A stretch of DNA of 64,000 nucleotides from Longimicrobiales bacterium (lineage in GTDB: Bacteria > Gemmatimonadota > Gemmatimonadetes > Longimicrobiales > Gaopeijiaceae): positions 2,496,001 through 2,560,000 of the forward strand of contig OZ242008.1 in assembly GCA_965204735.1 (NCBI GenBank), given 5' to 3'. The notes beneath the pieces are model-generated. The model saw nothing but the letters and a program-made list of their open reading frames with translations. It was not told the origin of the DNA and searched no databases. Position numbers and translations under genes: made by a program. Positions 28,251 to 38,173 of this stretch are shown here, in pieces (within the stretch, counting starts at the first letter, position 1; each line of letters starts with the position of its first letter).

Positions 28251-28938
28251 GCGCCGACCAGCGCACGGCTTCGAAGCCGGCCTCCTTCATCCGTTCGGCC
28301 AGGGCCTCCGGCCCAGGGAAGCCCTTCACGGACTCGGGCAGGTAGGTGTAGGCCCAGCGGTGGCCCGAAACCACCCGTCCCACCCAAGGCAGGACATGGT
28401 GGAAGTAGAGCAGGTAGGCGGCCCGCAGGACGCGGCCCGGCGGCGTGGCGAACTCGAGCACGACCAAGCGTCCCCCGGGCGCGAGCACGCGTCGCAGCTC
28501 CCTCAGCCCCGCGCCCAAGTCCGACAGGTTGCGCACCCCGAAGCCGACGGTGGCGCCGGCGAAGCAACCGTCCGGAAAGGGCATCCGCTCGACGTCGGCG
28601 CACAGCGGCCGGACCCGTGAGCCTCTCGTCTTGAAGAGCCCGCGAGCGAGCATGGGGAAGGCGAAGTCGGCGCCGACCGCTCGGCCGCGAAAGCCGGACT
28701 GCCGGGCCAGCTCCAACGACAGGTCGAAGGTCCCGGCACAGGCGTCCAGGTAGGTCCCGGCGGGGTCGCGCTCCCACTGCAGCTCGGCCACGGCGCGACG
28801 GCGCCACCGCTTGTCCACGTTCAGGCTGAGCACGTGGTTGAGCAGGTCGTAGCGCGGCGCGATCTCGCTGAAGAGGGTCCGGACCCGCGCCGCTCGGGCG
28901 CGGCGCTGGGCGGGAGCTGCGTCTGGCGAACCTTCCAA
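28150..28938 (-). CDS. ubiE: Demethylmenaquinone / ubiquinone C-methyltransferase (MenG/UbiE)
   Basis: FSEIAPRYDLLNHVLS, LDACAGTFD, FGVRN, AYTYLPESV. TTG start estimated. Confidence 0.9.
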   Translation of the reverse strand: MEGSPDAAPAQRRARAARVRTLFSEIAPRYDLLNHVLSLNVDKRWRRRAVAELQWERDPAGTYLDACAGTFDLSLELARQSGFRGRAVGADFAFPMLARGLFKTRGSRVRPLCADVERMPFPDGCFAGATVGFGVRNLSDLGAGLRELRRVLAPGGRLVVLEFATPPGRVLRAAYLLYFHHVLPWVGRVVSGHRWAYTYLPESVKGFPGPEALAERMKEAGFEAVRWSALTGGIAAIHTGAKAAAPAADGPARGPAGRRPGP

Positions 28939-29039
28939 CGGCGACTCCTGACGGAAGCGGGAAGCGTCGGCCGAACCAGCGGGCCGAGAAGTGCGGAGGG
29001 AACTACAAGATAGAAGGCGCTTCCGAGAAACGGCGTAGA

Positions 29040-29087
29040 GCTTGAAGAGCGGCGCCCCCCTTCGCTTGAAGAGCGGCGGACCCCTTC
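29040..29087 (+). repeat. 24-bp direct tandem repeat upstream of ECF sigma
   Basis: gcttgaagagcggcgccccccttc / gcttgaagagcggcggaccccttc (22/24 identical). Confidence 0.85.
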
Positions 29088-29106
29088 GGGAGTGGTACCT
29101 TTGCCC

Positions 29107-29703
29107 ATGGACACTTCGGTTCCCAGCGACCAGGCGCTGGCGGCCCAGGCGGCCGCGGGGCGCCAAAGCGCTTTCCGCGAGCTCCTCTCCCGCTACGAGA
29201 AGCCCGTCTTCGCCCTGGTGTACCGCATGGTTCGGGACCGCGCGCTGGCCGAGGACTTGGCCCAGGAGACCTTCATCAGGGCCTTCAGCGCCATCGGCAG
29301 CTACAACCCCCGCTACAAGTTCTCGAGCTGGATATTCAAGATCGCCAACAACCTGACGATCGACCACCTGCGCAGGAAGCGCCTGGACACGGTCTCCATC
29401 CACGGCGCGCCCCACGCCGTCACGGAAGACGAGCAGGCCCGCACCAGCTTGGACCTGGAGTCGCCCGACGAGCGCCCCGACACCTACGTGGAGAACCGCG
29501 AGCTGGGCAGCGAGATCGAAGCCGCCATCGGCCAGCTGCGGCCGGAGTACAAGAGCGTCACCATTCTGCGCCATGTGGAGGGCTATTCCTACAAGGAGAT
29601 CGCCGAGATCATGGAGTTGCCCCTTGGGACCGTGAAGACCTACATACACAGGGCGCGTCTGGAGCTTCAAGAGGCCCTTTCCCATCTGGATCCCAGGCGA
29701 TGA
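29107..29703 (+). CDS. ECF RNA polymerase sigma factor (SigW/RpoE-like)
   Basis: AEDLAQETF, FSSWIFKIANN, SYKEIAEIMELPLGTVKTYIHRAR. Confidence 0.95.
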   Translation: MDTSVPSDQALAAQAAAGRQSAFRELLSRYEKPVFALVYRMVRDRALAEDLAQETFIRAFSAIGSYNPRYKFSSWIFKIANNLTIDHLRRKRLDTVSIHGAPHAVTEDEQARTSLDLESPDERPDTYVENRELGSEIEAAIGQLRPEYKSVTILRHVEGYSYKEIAEIMELPLGTVKTYIHRARLELQEALSHLDPRR

Positions 29704-29784
29704 GGAAGCCCCCCAAGCCGCTTCGCCGACGTGAAACCCTGCGCCCACGCCGGGCGTAGAGGGCTCAACCCGAGCAGGAGCCCC

Positions 29785-30750
29785 GTGGTGAACGCAGTCA
29801 ACCGACAACCGAGCCCGCCGAGCGCGTCGGCCGAAAGGGCGTTCGCGTACCTGGACGGCGAACTCGACGCGGAGGAGCGCTCCGCCTTCGAGGCCGACGT
29901 GAAGCGGGACTCGGCCCTGGCCGCCGAACTCGCGGCCGCCCGCGCGTTCCTTCGGGCGATGGGAACGCTGCGCGAGCTCTCGCCGTCGCCGGACTTCGCG
30001 GTGCGCACCATGGCCCGCTTCCGCCTTCCGGCCTCGCCCTGGGCCCGCTTTTGGAGTTGGATGGCGGGCAGCGACCACGGGGTTGCCCGCAACCCGCTGG
30101 CCGCCTTGGTGGAAGGCGAGCTCTCGCGACGGCAGGCCGCGTGGATGACGGCCTACGTCGCGTCGGACCCGAAGGCGGCCGCCTCCCTGGCGGCATGGAA
30201 GCGCCTCCACCAGCGCCTGGAACGCCTCCCGGCGCTGGAGCCCGCGCCGGGGTTCCCCTTCAGGGTCATGGCGCGAGTCCCCGCCGCTCGTGCCCGCACG
30301 CCCGCCGCTCGCGCGCTGGCCGGCCGCTCTTGGGCCGCCGCGGTCGCCGACTGGACGACGAAGGCGCTGCCGCGCCGTCAGGAGCGCTTGGCCGCCGCGT
30401 CGGGAGTCGCGTTCGGACCGGTCGCCGCAGTGGCCGCCGTCGCCTGGGTCGTGTTCTCGAACCCGCTGGTGACCTTCTCCGTCGTGGCCTCGTTCGCCAC
30501 GGCCAAGATCGACGCGGTCTTCGGGCTCGCAGGCGCCTTCGTCGGCGACTTGGCGACCAGCACGGCCCGCAGCTGGACCGCCGGCCTGTGGAACTCGGGC
30601 TCCCAAGGCCTCTTGGACGGCGCGACGGCCGCGGCTCCGACTGTCGCGGCGGGACTTGCGGCCTTCGCCGCGCTCTCGTTCGCGTCGGCATGGGTCCTGT
30701 ACAAGAACGTCAAGGTTTGGGGAACGGAGAGACTTCATGCGCCTGCATAG
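29785..30750 (+). CDS. Membrane-anchored anti-sigma factor with two anti-sigma-like domains
   Basis: AYLDGELDAEER and ALVEGELSRRQ repeats, each followed by P.P.F..R.MAR; C-terminal TMs; directly after the sigma gene. Confidence 0.7.
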   Translation: MVNAVNRQPSPPSASAERAFAYLDGELDAEERSAFEADVKRDSALAAELAAARAFLRAMGTLRELSPSPDFAVRTMARFRLPASPWARFWSWMAGSDHGVARNPLAALVEGELSRRQAAWMTAYVASDPKAAASLAAWKRLHQRLERLPALEPAPGFPFRVMARVPAARARTPAARALAGRSWAAAVADWTTKALPRRQERLAAASGVAFGPVAAVAAVAWVVFSNPLVTFSVVASFATAKIDAVFGLAGAFVGDLATSTARSWTAGLWNSGSQGLLDGATAAAPTVAAGLAAFAALSFASAWVLYKNVKVWGTERLHAPA

Positions 30751-32287
30751 CCCGACTGGCCAGGCCGCCTGCGTCGCGAGCCTGCTCTTTGCTCCACCCA
30801 TGGCGGTCGACGGACAGCAAAGGCCGATCGTGGCCAACCGCGTGGAGGTCTCGTCCCGCGCCGCCTCCCTGCACCTCGAGTTCTCCGGCGGCGACCAACT
30901 GGAGATCGACTTCTCGGACGGCGTCGCCACCGCCAACGGCTCTCTCCTTGGCCGCTACGAACGAGGGGACGCTGTCGACCGCGCGTGGCGAGAGCTGCTG
31001 GAGGCAGCTGTCCCGCTGAGCGCCGAAGCTCTGGCCCGCGCGCTGGCCCGCTGGCGGCCGGACGAACTGCCGGAAACCGATCGGGCAATACTGGCCGACG
31101 TGGACCGGTTGCTGGAAAGAGCGCTCGCGGAGGCGACCGGGGACAGAGCGCCGAGCCGCGATCCGGCCCCCGCCTGGGAACGCCTCCAGGACCGGGACGA
31201 GGATCGGGCTCGGGCGATGCTTGGCTTCATGCTCAGGCACGGACACGTCCCCGGGCTCGGGGCGGCGGAACTGGACATGGAGTCCCTCGTGTTCGCCGTC
31301 GGCGAGGACCGGGTGGTTCCGCAAGGCGCTTCCGTGAACGGCAGCGTTCTCGTCGCCGACGGCGACTTGAGCGTGCGCGGGCGCATCCGCGGACACGCCA
31401 TCGTGGTCGACGGGACGGTCCGGCTGGAAGAGGGAGGACGGGTGGACGGGGACGTGCGCCTCGTGGACGCCGAGCTCGAGCATCGGGGCGGCTCGCTGCT
31501 GGGCCAAGTGATCCAAGTGCCGCGCGGGGGCGACGGCCGGGGAGCGGTCGAGGCGGGGCCGCTGCACGACCGGAGGGAAGCACGGCGCGACGACCGCGGG
31601 TGGGAGTTGGCCTCGCGCATCGTCGACGCGACGAAGGGCGTCCTCGAAGCTGCCCTTTCCTTCCTGTTCCTGGCTTGCTTGGCCCTGCTCTCGACCCGGC
31701 TTGCGGGAGACCGAGTGGACGCCGTGGCCCAGGTCGTCGGGACAAACCCGGCCCGAAGCGCCGCCGTCGGGTTCGCCGGAAGCTTCCTCGTCCTTCCCCT
31801 CTACGTGCTGGGCGTCGTGGTACTGGCCGTCACCATCGTGGGCATTCCGGTCCTGCTGGCCTGGGTGCCCCTCTACCCGGTCGTGGTGGCGGCGGCGGGC
31901 GCGGTGGGCTACGTGGCGGCCAGCGGCCATGTCGGCCGATGGGTCCTCAAGCAGGAGATCTCCAAGCTCGAAAGAGTGGACCGGCACAATCCAGTCCACG
32001 TGAAGCTGGTGGGGATCGCGGCGCTGACCGCGCCCTTTGCCGTCGGCGCCGTCGTTCGCGCCGTGCCGTGGGTCGGGTGGTGGCTCGGGGGACTCGTGCA
32101 GGTGCTGGGAACGCTCGGGTGCATGGCGGCCGTGGTCGTCGGCCTCGGGGCAGTGATCATCACGAGGGGCGGCCGGCGCTCGGGCAGCGAGTACGCCTTC
32201 GCCGACACCCTCGACGCGGACCACTGGTCGTCGGAGATCGAGGACGCCGACTTGGAGGACGACTCGTCGCGCGGGAGGGACTCGTGA
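30737..32287 (+). CDS. Bactofilin-like (polymer-forming) beta-helix membrane protein
   Basis: VNGSVLVADGDLSVRGRIRGHAIVVDGTVRL...VDGDV repeats followed by several TM helices. Confidence 0.7.
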   Translation: MRLHSPTGQAACVASLLFAPPMAVDGQQRPIVANRVEVSSRAASLHLEFSGGDQLEIDFSDGVATANGSLLGRYERGDAVDRAWRELLEAAVPLSAEALARALARWRPDELPETDRAILADVDRLLERALAEATGDRAPSRDPAPAWERLQDRDEDRARAMLGFMLRHGHVPGLGAAELDMESLVFAVGEDRVVPQGASVNGSVLVADGDLSVRGRIRGHAIVVDGTVRLEEGGRVDGDVRLVDAELEHRGGSLLGQVIQVPRGGDGRGAVEAGPLHDRREARRDDRGWELASRIVDATKGVLEAALSFLFLACLALLSTRLAGDRVDAVAQVVGTNPARSAAVGFAGSFLVLPLYVLGVVVLAVTIVGIPVLLAWVPLYPVVVAAAGAVGYVAASGHVGRWVLKQEISKLERVDRHNPVHVKLVGIAALTAPFAVGAVVRAVPWVGWWLGGLVQVLGTLGCMAAVVVGLGAVIITRGGRRSGSEYAFADTLDADHWSSEIEDADLEDDSSRGRDS

Positions 32288-33171
32288 CGACGCCTTCTCT
32301 TTCGCGGGGGGTTGCCGCCCCGGCGCTGGCCGCGCTGGCCGTCGCGACGGCGTCGCAAGCGCGTGGGCAAAGCTGGAAGGAAGTGGCGTCGTCGCGGCAG
32401 GTCGTCGGCGAATCGGAGCTGCGGGTCGATCTCGAGTACGGCGTCGGAGAGCTGACCTTGCGGCGCGGCGAGCTCGGGGTCCTCTACCGGATCGCCTTGC
32501 GGTACGACGAGCAGGCCGCCGAGCCGCTCGCCGAGTACGAGGCGGGGCGCCTTCGCATCGGCGTGTCCGGGGACGCCTACGGCGGAGGATGGACTTCGCG
32601 ACGGCGGAGGATGGACTCCGGCGAGTGGGCCCTCGACAACTCGCTGGACCTGGAACTGGCCCCGGACGTCCCCCTGGACCTGAACTTGTCCTTCGCCGCG
32701 GGACGGGGCGACATAGACCTCACGGGCCTCGCAGTGAGAAGCCTGGAGATGAGCACCGGAGCCTCCGAGTCGTCGCTCCGCATCTACCAGGCCAACCGCG
32801 AGCGGATGCGTTCGGCCTCGTTCAACGTGGGAGTCGCCGACTTTCGCATCCAAGGCGTGGGCAACCTCAACGCCGAGGACGTCGTGGTGAAGGCGGGACT
32901 CGGGTCGGTGGCGCTGGAGCTCGACGGCGAGTGGCCGGCGGACTCTCGGCTCACGCTGGAGATGGGCTTGGGGGCGCTGAGCATACGCGTGCCGGAAGCT
33001 TTGGGCGTGCGCCTCCGGAACCGGGACACGTTCCTGGCGTCCGTCAGCATCGACGGCCTCACGAAGCAGGGCGACGGCTGGCATTCGCCGAACTGGGAAA
33101 GCGCCCCACGGAAGGTGGAGATCGACATTTCCGCCGCGCTGGGCAGCATCGACCTCGTGCGGGTCCCGTGA
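32284..33171 (+). CDS. Secreted toast-rack / LiaF-like (DUF2154-type) protein
   Basis: Signal peptide, repeated G-x-x-x-L/I-D-L beta motifs, ends ISAALGSIDL. Confidence 0.65.
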   Translation: MTTPSLSRGVAAPALAALAVATASQARGQSWKEVASSRQVVGESELRVDLEYGVGELTLRRGELGVLYRIALRYDEQAAEPLAEYEAGRLRIGVSGDAYGGGWTSRRRRMDSGEWALDNSLDLELAPDVPLDLNLSFAAGRGDIDLTGLAVRSLEMSTGASESSLRIYQANRERMRSASFNVGVADFRIQGVGNLNAEDVVVKAGLGSVALELDGEWPADSRLTLEMGLGALSIRVPEALGVRLRNRDTFLASVSIDGLTKQGDGWHSPNWESAPRKVEIDISAALGSIDLVRVP

Positions 33172-33267
33172 GAGACTCGTGCGGGTCGCCGCTGGCAGGG
33201 AACCGGTTCCGGTCCGCGAGACGAGAATCTGGTGCGGGTCCCGAGAACTCGTGCGGGTCCCGCGAGA
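33154..33267 (+). repeat. Degenerate repeats of the upstream gene's 3' end
   Basis: ct(c/g)gtgcgggtc at 33154, 33176, 33229 and 33248. Confidence 0.8.
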
Positions 33268-33336
33268 TTGCGTTAGAGTAGAAGACGGGTTGTCCGACTG
33301 GTCGACCTTCACCCTGGGAAGCCCGCAGGAGAAAGC

Positions 33337-33573
33337 ATGATCTCGACGCTCTTGACGTTCTTGGCCGTGGGCATCGTGAGCCTCGTGGTGGTCTGGATCG
33401 TCCTCTCGGTCGTGGGGTCGCTGCTGGGACTGACCCTCGGGATCGCAGGCTTCCTCCTCTTCAAGGTCGCTCCGCTCATGTTCCTGGGCTGGGTCGTCCT
33501 GAAGATCGTCTCCAAGGTCCGCCGATACGGCGCACTTTCTCCGTCCGACCGCCGCTGGCTGGAGAGCGACTAG
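33337..33573 (+). CDS. Small two-TM membrane protein
   Basis: AGGAG RBS, 78 aa hydrophobic, typical codon usage. Confidence 0.75.
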   Translation: MISTLLTFLAVGIVSLVVVWIVLSVVGSLLGLTLGIAGFLLFKVAPLMFLGWVVLKIVSKVRRYGALSPSDRRWLESD

Positions 33574-33631
33574 CCCCAGCCCCTGCCGCAACCCTTGCAG
33601 GCCGCGAACACCGGCCCCGCAACAGCCCGAT

Positions 33632-34780
33632 TCAGCGCCGGGGTGGCGTGTTCTCCAGCGTCTCGATCACCCGATCGGCAAGCCGCCGGAGGGCGAGCCC
33701 GGCCGGGGATTCCGGGGCGGACAACACGGTCGGCCTTCCCTCGTCGCCGGCTCGCCGGACCGCCAAGTCGAGGGGCACGGCGCCCAGGAACGGCACCGAC
33801 AGCTCCCTTGCAAGCTCCTCCCCTCCGCCGCGACCGAAGAGGTCCACCACTTCGTCGGAGCCCGGGAGCTGGAACCCCCGCATGTTCTCGACCACGCCCA
33901 GCACGCGCGTGTTGACCCGCTCGAACATCTTGATGCCACGGCGAACGTCTCCGGTCGCCACCTTCTGGGGCGTCGTGACCATGACCGCCCCCTGCAGCTC
34001 GACGGTCTGAACCAGGGAGAGCTGCGCGTCTCCCGTGCCCGGCGGCATGTCCACGACCATCAGGTCCAGGGGCCCCCACGCCACTTGCTCGACGAACTGC
34101 TTGAGGACGCCGGCGATCAAGGGCCCCCGCATGATCGCGGGCTGCTCCCGCTCGAGAAGGAAACCGAGGCTCATCAGGCTCACGCCATGGGTCCGCAGGG
34201 GCACGATCTTCTCCGAGCCCTTCGCTCCGGACACCGCCGGGCGCCGCTCCTCGCCGAACATCACGGGAATGTTGGGGCCGTAGATGTCGGCGTCCATCAG
34301 GCCGACGGCCCACCCCCGCGCCGCCGCGTGGGCGGCCAGGTTGGTGGCCACCATGGACTTGCCCACGCCCCCCTTTCCCGAGCTCACGGCCACGATCCGC
34401 TTGACGCCCGCCAGAACGCCCGGAGCGGGCGTGGGCGCGGGCACCGACCCGGGTCGCAGGCCGCCCCGTCCAGCCCGCACGCCCGACGCGGCTCCGGACG
34501 CGCCCTCCGACCCGTCGCCGCTCGGGGGCGACGCCCGAGGGAGGCGAACGTCGACCTTGACCGCCTTCACGCCGTCCACCGCCTCCGCCGCCGCCCGCAC
34601 CTCGCGGGCCAGCGTCCCAGGGTCCCCTCGCCTAAGGGAGAAGGCGAAGCGCACTCGTCCGTCGTCTCCGGCCGCGACGTCGGTCACCTGTCCGCCGGCG
34701 ACCACGTCGCTGCCGCTGGTCGGGTTCACGACGCCGGCCAGAGCGCGGGTCACCGCGTCGGCAAGCACGCTGTCGCTCAT
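33632..34780 (-). CDS. mrp: Mrp/ApbC/NBP35 P-loop ATPase (no cysteines)
   Basis: SSGKGGVGKS, DADIYGP, DMPPGTGD, VTTPQ, VVENM. Confidence 0.92.
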   Translation of the reverse strand: MSDSVLADAVTRALAGVVNPTSGSDVVAGGQVTDVAAGDDGRVRFAFSLRRGDPGTLAREVRAAAEAVDGVKAVKVDVRLPRASPPSGDGSEGASGAASGVRAGRGGLRPGSVPAPTPAPGVLAGVKRIVAVSSGKGGVGKSMVATNLAAHAAARGWAVGLMDADIYGPNIPVMFGEERRPAVSGAKGSEKIVPLRTHGVSLMSLGFLLEREQPAIMRGPLIAGVLKQFVEQVAWGPLDLMVVDMPPGTGDAQLSLVQTVELQGAVMVTTPQKVATGDVRRGIKMFERVNTRVLGVVENMRGFQLPGSDEVVDLFGRGGGEELARELSVPFLGAVPLDLAVRRAGDEGRPTVLSAPESPAGLALRRLADRVIETLENTPPRR

Positions 34781-34788
34781 GGCGAGGG

Positions 34789-35019
34789 TCAGCTGGCTTC
34801 GACGGCCAGGACTTCGGGCACCTCCGCCCGGAGCCGCCGTTCGATCCCCTCCTTCAGGGTCATCATCGAGATGGGACACGCTTCGCAGGCGCCCATCAGT
34901 CGAACCTCCACCCTCCCCGATTCCTCGCTCCACTCCACGAGCTCCACGTCTCCTCCGTCGGAGCGAATGGCAGGGCGAATGGCTGCGAGCACTTCTTCGA
35001 TCCGGTCCCTGGTCCCCAT
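34789..35019 (-). CDS. NifU/NfuA C-terminal domain Fe-S carrier
   Basis: IRPAIRSDGGDVEL, GACEACP, TLKEGIE. Confidence 0.9.
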   Translation of the reverse strand: MGTRDRIEEVLAAIRPAIRSDGGDVELVEWSEESGRVEVRLMGACEACPISMMTLKEGIERRLRAEVPEVLAVEAS

Positions 35020-35260
35020 GCTGTCGTCGCCAGGCTGGCAAAGGCTCGGACCGGCGTTCCGCCTCCGGCCCCTTCCAATGAAAGGTACTTTCCGGCGTTT
35101 CGGGCCGTCAACGGCTCCGCCGCCTTGACCCGCTCGCAAGCGTCGGGCGACATTGACGCTCTTCCCGACCGTCGCGGGCCCCACCAGCCGGCCGCCGCCG
35201 TCCGAACGGGCCGCCCGGCGCTTCTTGGTCCGCGCGACGTCCACCACAACTGGAAGGCTC

Positions 35261-36889
35261 ATGTCCGGAACGATCCGCATTCCCCCTCCCAAGCCCGAGC
35301 CCGTCCTCTCCTACGCTCCTGGAACCGCCGAACGGGCCGCGCTGAAGGCCGGTCTGAAGGACATGTCGGATCGGCGCTTGGACATTCCGCTGGTGATCGG
35401 GGGCCGAGAGGTCCGCACGGGCAAGACGCACCCCGTCTCCGCTCCCCACGACCACGGGCTGGAGCTGGGCGTCTGGCACCAGGGGGGCGCGACGGAAGCG
35501 ACGAGGGCGATCGACGAAACGGCGGAAGCGCGACGGGAGTGGGCGTCGTGGCCGTGGGAAGATCGAGCGGCCGTCTTTCTGAAGGCGGCGGATCTGCTGG
35601 CGACCAAGTGGCGGCCGGTCCTCAACGCCGCCACGATGCTGGGTCAGAGCAAGACGGCGTTCCAGGCCGAGATCGACGCGGCCTGCGAGCTGGTGGACTT
35701 CTACCGCTGGGGCGCCCACTTCGCCGAGGCGATCTACGACCACCAGCCGGCCTCGGCCCGAGGGGAGTGGAACCGGCTGGACTACCGGCCGCTGGAGGGG
35801 TTCGTCTACGCCGTGAGTCCGTTCAACTTCACGGCGATCGGCGGCAACTTGGCCGGGCTTCCGGCGCTGATGGGCTGCGGAGTGCTGTGGAAGCCGTCGT
35901 CCCATGCCGTTCTCTCGAGCTACTTCGCCTACAAGCTGCTGGAGGAAGCGGGGCTGCCGCCGGGCGTGGTCAACTTCGTCCCCGGCGACCCGGCCCAGAT
36001 CACCGGCGCCGCGCTCCACCACCCGGAGTTCGCCGGCCTCCACTTCACGGGCTCCACCGAGGTCTTTCGTTCGCTGTGGACGACCGTGGGCCGACAGATC
36101 GCGTCGTACCGGTCGTACCCGCGGCTCGTGGGCGAGACGGGCGGCAAGGACTTCATCTTGGCCCACCCCTCGGCGGACCCCGACGCCCTGCGGACCGCCA
36201 TCGTGCGAGGCGCCTTCGAGTACCAGGGGCAGAAGTGCTCCGCCGCCTCCCGCGCCTACGTGCCCGAGTCGCTGTGGCGCGAGCTCCGGGACCCGATGGC
36301 GGACGAGACCAACGCCTTGCCCATGGGGGACCCGACGGACTTCCGCAACTTCGTCAATGCGGTGATTCACGAGCACGCCTTCAAGAAGATCGTCGGGTAC
36401 GTGGATCGGGCCGCCGCCGGGGAAGACGCCGAGATCGTGGCGGGAGGAACGTACTCGGACGGCGACGGGTGGTTCGTTCGGCCCACGATCGTGAGGGCCA
36501 TGACGCCGAGGCACGAGAGCATGTGCGACGAGATCTTCGGCCCCGTGATCTCCGTGTACGTGTACCCCGACAACGCTTGGGCGGAGACCCTGGAGGTGGT
36601 GGACTCGACGTCGCCCTACGGCCTGACCGGAGCGGTCTTCGCCCAGGAGCGCTCGGCCGTGCGCGAGGCGATGGTGCGGCTGCGCTACGCCGCCGGCAAC
36701 TTCTACGTGAACGACAAGCCCACGGGGGCCGTCGTGGGGCACCAGCCGTTCGGCGGCAGCCGGGGGTCGGGAACCAACGACAAGGCGGGCTCCATCTTCA
36801 ACCTGCTGCGCTGGACGAGCCCGCGGACGATCAAGGAGAACTTCGCGCCGCCCACCGACTATCGGTACCCCTTCATGGGCGCGGAGTAG
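35261..36889 (+). CDS. pruA: 1-pyrroline-5-carboxylate dehydrogenase
   Basis: SPFNFTAI, FTGST, GETGGK, FEYQGQKCSA, NDKPTGAVVG.QPFGG. Confidence 0.95.
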   Translation: MSGTIRIPPPKPEPVLSYAPGTAERAALKAGLKDMSDRRLDIPLVIGGREVRTGKTHPVSAPHDHGLELGVWHQGGATEATRAIDETAEARREWASWPWEDRAAVFLKAADLLATKWRPVLNAATMLGQSKTAFQAEIDAACELVDFYRWGAHFAEAIYDHQPASARGEWNRLDYRPLEGFVYAVSPFNFTAIGGNLAGLPALMGCGVLWKPSSHAVLSSYFAYKLLEEAGLPPGVVNFVPGDPAQITGAALHHPEFAGLHFTGSTEVFRSLWTTVGRQIASYRSYPRLVGETGGKDFILAHPSADPDALRTAIVRGAFEYQGQKCSAASRAYVPESLWRELRDPMADETNALPMGDPTDFRNFVNAVIHEHAFKKIVGYVDRAAAGEDAEIVAGGTYSDGDGWFVRPTIVRAMTPRHESMCDEIFGPVISVYVYPDNAWAETLEVVDSTSPYGLTGAVFAQERSAVREAMVRLRYAAGNFYVNDKPTGAVVGHQPFGGSRGSGTNDKAGSIFNLLRWTSPRTIKENFAPPTDYRYPFMGAE

Positions 36890-36999
36890 CGATCACGGGG
36901 CGCGAAGCAGCGAGTCACGGGGCGCGAAGCAGGGGATCACGGAGCACGAGGCGGCGACGGACGGGCAGGCAGTACGACGTCACGGCCGCGAAGCGGCGA
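36887..36999. repeat. About 23-bp degenerate tandem repeats between convergent genes
   Basis: tcacggggcgcgaagcag x2 plus tcacggagcacgaggcgg; these resemble the 3' end of the minus-strand gene (tcacggccgcgaagcgg). Confidence 0.75.
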
Positions 37000-38173
37000 C
37001 CGCCCGAGCGAAGTCGGCCTTCAGGTCCTCCACGTCCTCGAGGCCCACTGAAATCCGGACGAAGCCGTCGGGAACGCCCAGCGCGTTCCGCTCCTCGGGG
37101 CTCATGTCCACGTGGGAGGTGTAGCGGGGCTGCGACACGAGCGTCTCCACGCCCCCCAGCGAGGGCGCGGGCAGCGCGAGCCGCAGGGCGGCGCAGAAGG
37201 AGTCCGCCGCCGGCCCGCCGCCTTCGAGCACGATCGAGACCATGCCGCCGAAGCCGTCGAGCAGGGCCGCGGCGCGTTCGTGGTCCGGGTGGCTGGGCAG
37301 TCCGGGATGAACGACCCGCGCAATGCCGTCCAGTTCCTGGAACCACTGGGCCAGGGCGAGGGAGGAGCGGTTGTGGCGCTCCATCCGGGCCGGAAGACTG
37401 CGGATGCCTCGTTCCAGGAGCCACGCCGCCTGCGGATCGATCGACGGCCCGTAGAGCTTCATCATCTTCGCGACCCGCTCGATCAGGGCGCGGGAGCCCG
37501 CCACGGCGCCGGCGATCAGGTCCGAGTGGCCGCCCAGGTACTTGGTCGCCGAGTGGATCACCGCCTCCACCCCGTGGTCGGCCGCGCGCAGGTTGACGGG
37601 CGTGGCGAAGGTGGCGTCGGCCACTAGGGTCGCGCCCGCTTCCCGGGCGGCGTCGCGGGCCGGGGCGACGTCGAAGACGCGCAGGGTGGGGTTGGTGGGG
37701 AGCTCCAGGAAGACCACCCGCGTGCGAGAGGTCGTCGCCGCGGCCCAAGCCCCGGGGTCGGAGGGGTCCACAAAGGTGGTGGCAGTGCCGCGCCGGGGAA
37801 GCTCCTGGGCCAGCAGCGCGTAGGTGGCGCCGTAGATGTGGCGGCTGGCGACGACATGGTCTCCCGCTTCGGCCAGCGCCAGCAGGGTCATGGCCGTGGC
37901 GCCCATGCCGCTGGCAAGGACCAGCGCCGCTTCGGTTCCTTCCAGGGCCGCGATCTTCCCCGCTGCGGAGAGCTGGTTCGGGTTGTTGCCGTAGCGGCTG
38001 TACAGCAGCGGGCCGTCGCCGGGGCCGGACCAATGGAAGGTGGAGCTGCGCGCGATCGAAGGGACCACGGGGTCGCCGGGCACCGTCGGGAGCTGGCCGG
38101 CGTGGACCGCTCGGGTGGCCGCGCCCGGGCGCTCGTTGCGGACCTCTTCGCGGCCCGCGCCTCGGGCACTCAC
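36980..38173 (-). CDS. Trans-sulfuration family PLP enzyme (methionine gamma-lyase / cystathionine lyase-like)
   Basis: [40 protein letters not shown]. Confidence 0.9.
   Translation of the reverse strand: MSARGAGREEVRNERPGAATRAVHAGQLPTVPGDPVVPSIARSSTFHWSGPGDGPLLYSRYGNNPNQLSAAGKIAALEGTEAALVLASGMGATAMTLLALAEAGDHVVASRHIYGATYALLAQELPRRGTATTFVDPSDPGAWAAATTSRTRVVFLELPTNPTLRVFDVAPARDAAREAGATLVADATFATPVNLRAADHGVEAVIHSATKYLGGHSDLIAGAVAGSRALIERVAKMMKLYGPSIDPQAAWLLERGIRSLPARMERHNRSSLALAQWFQELDGIARVVHPGLPSHPDHERAAALLDGFGGMVSIVLEGGGPAADSFCAALRLALPAPSLGGVETLVSQPRYTSHVDMSPEERNALGVPDGFVRISVGLEDVEDLKADFARAVAASRP

Noticed and set aside
33154..33267. Possible mini-CRISPR array
   Set aside because: Repeats are only ~14 bp and degenerate, spacers are very uneven, the first copy is inside a CDS, and there are no cas genes.
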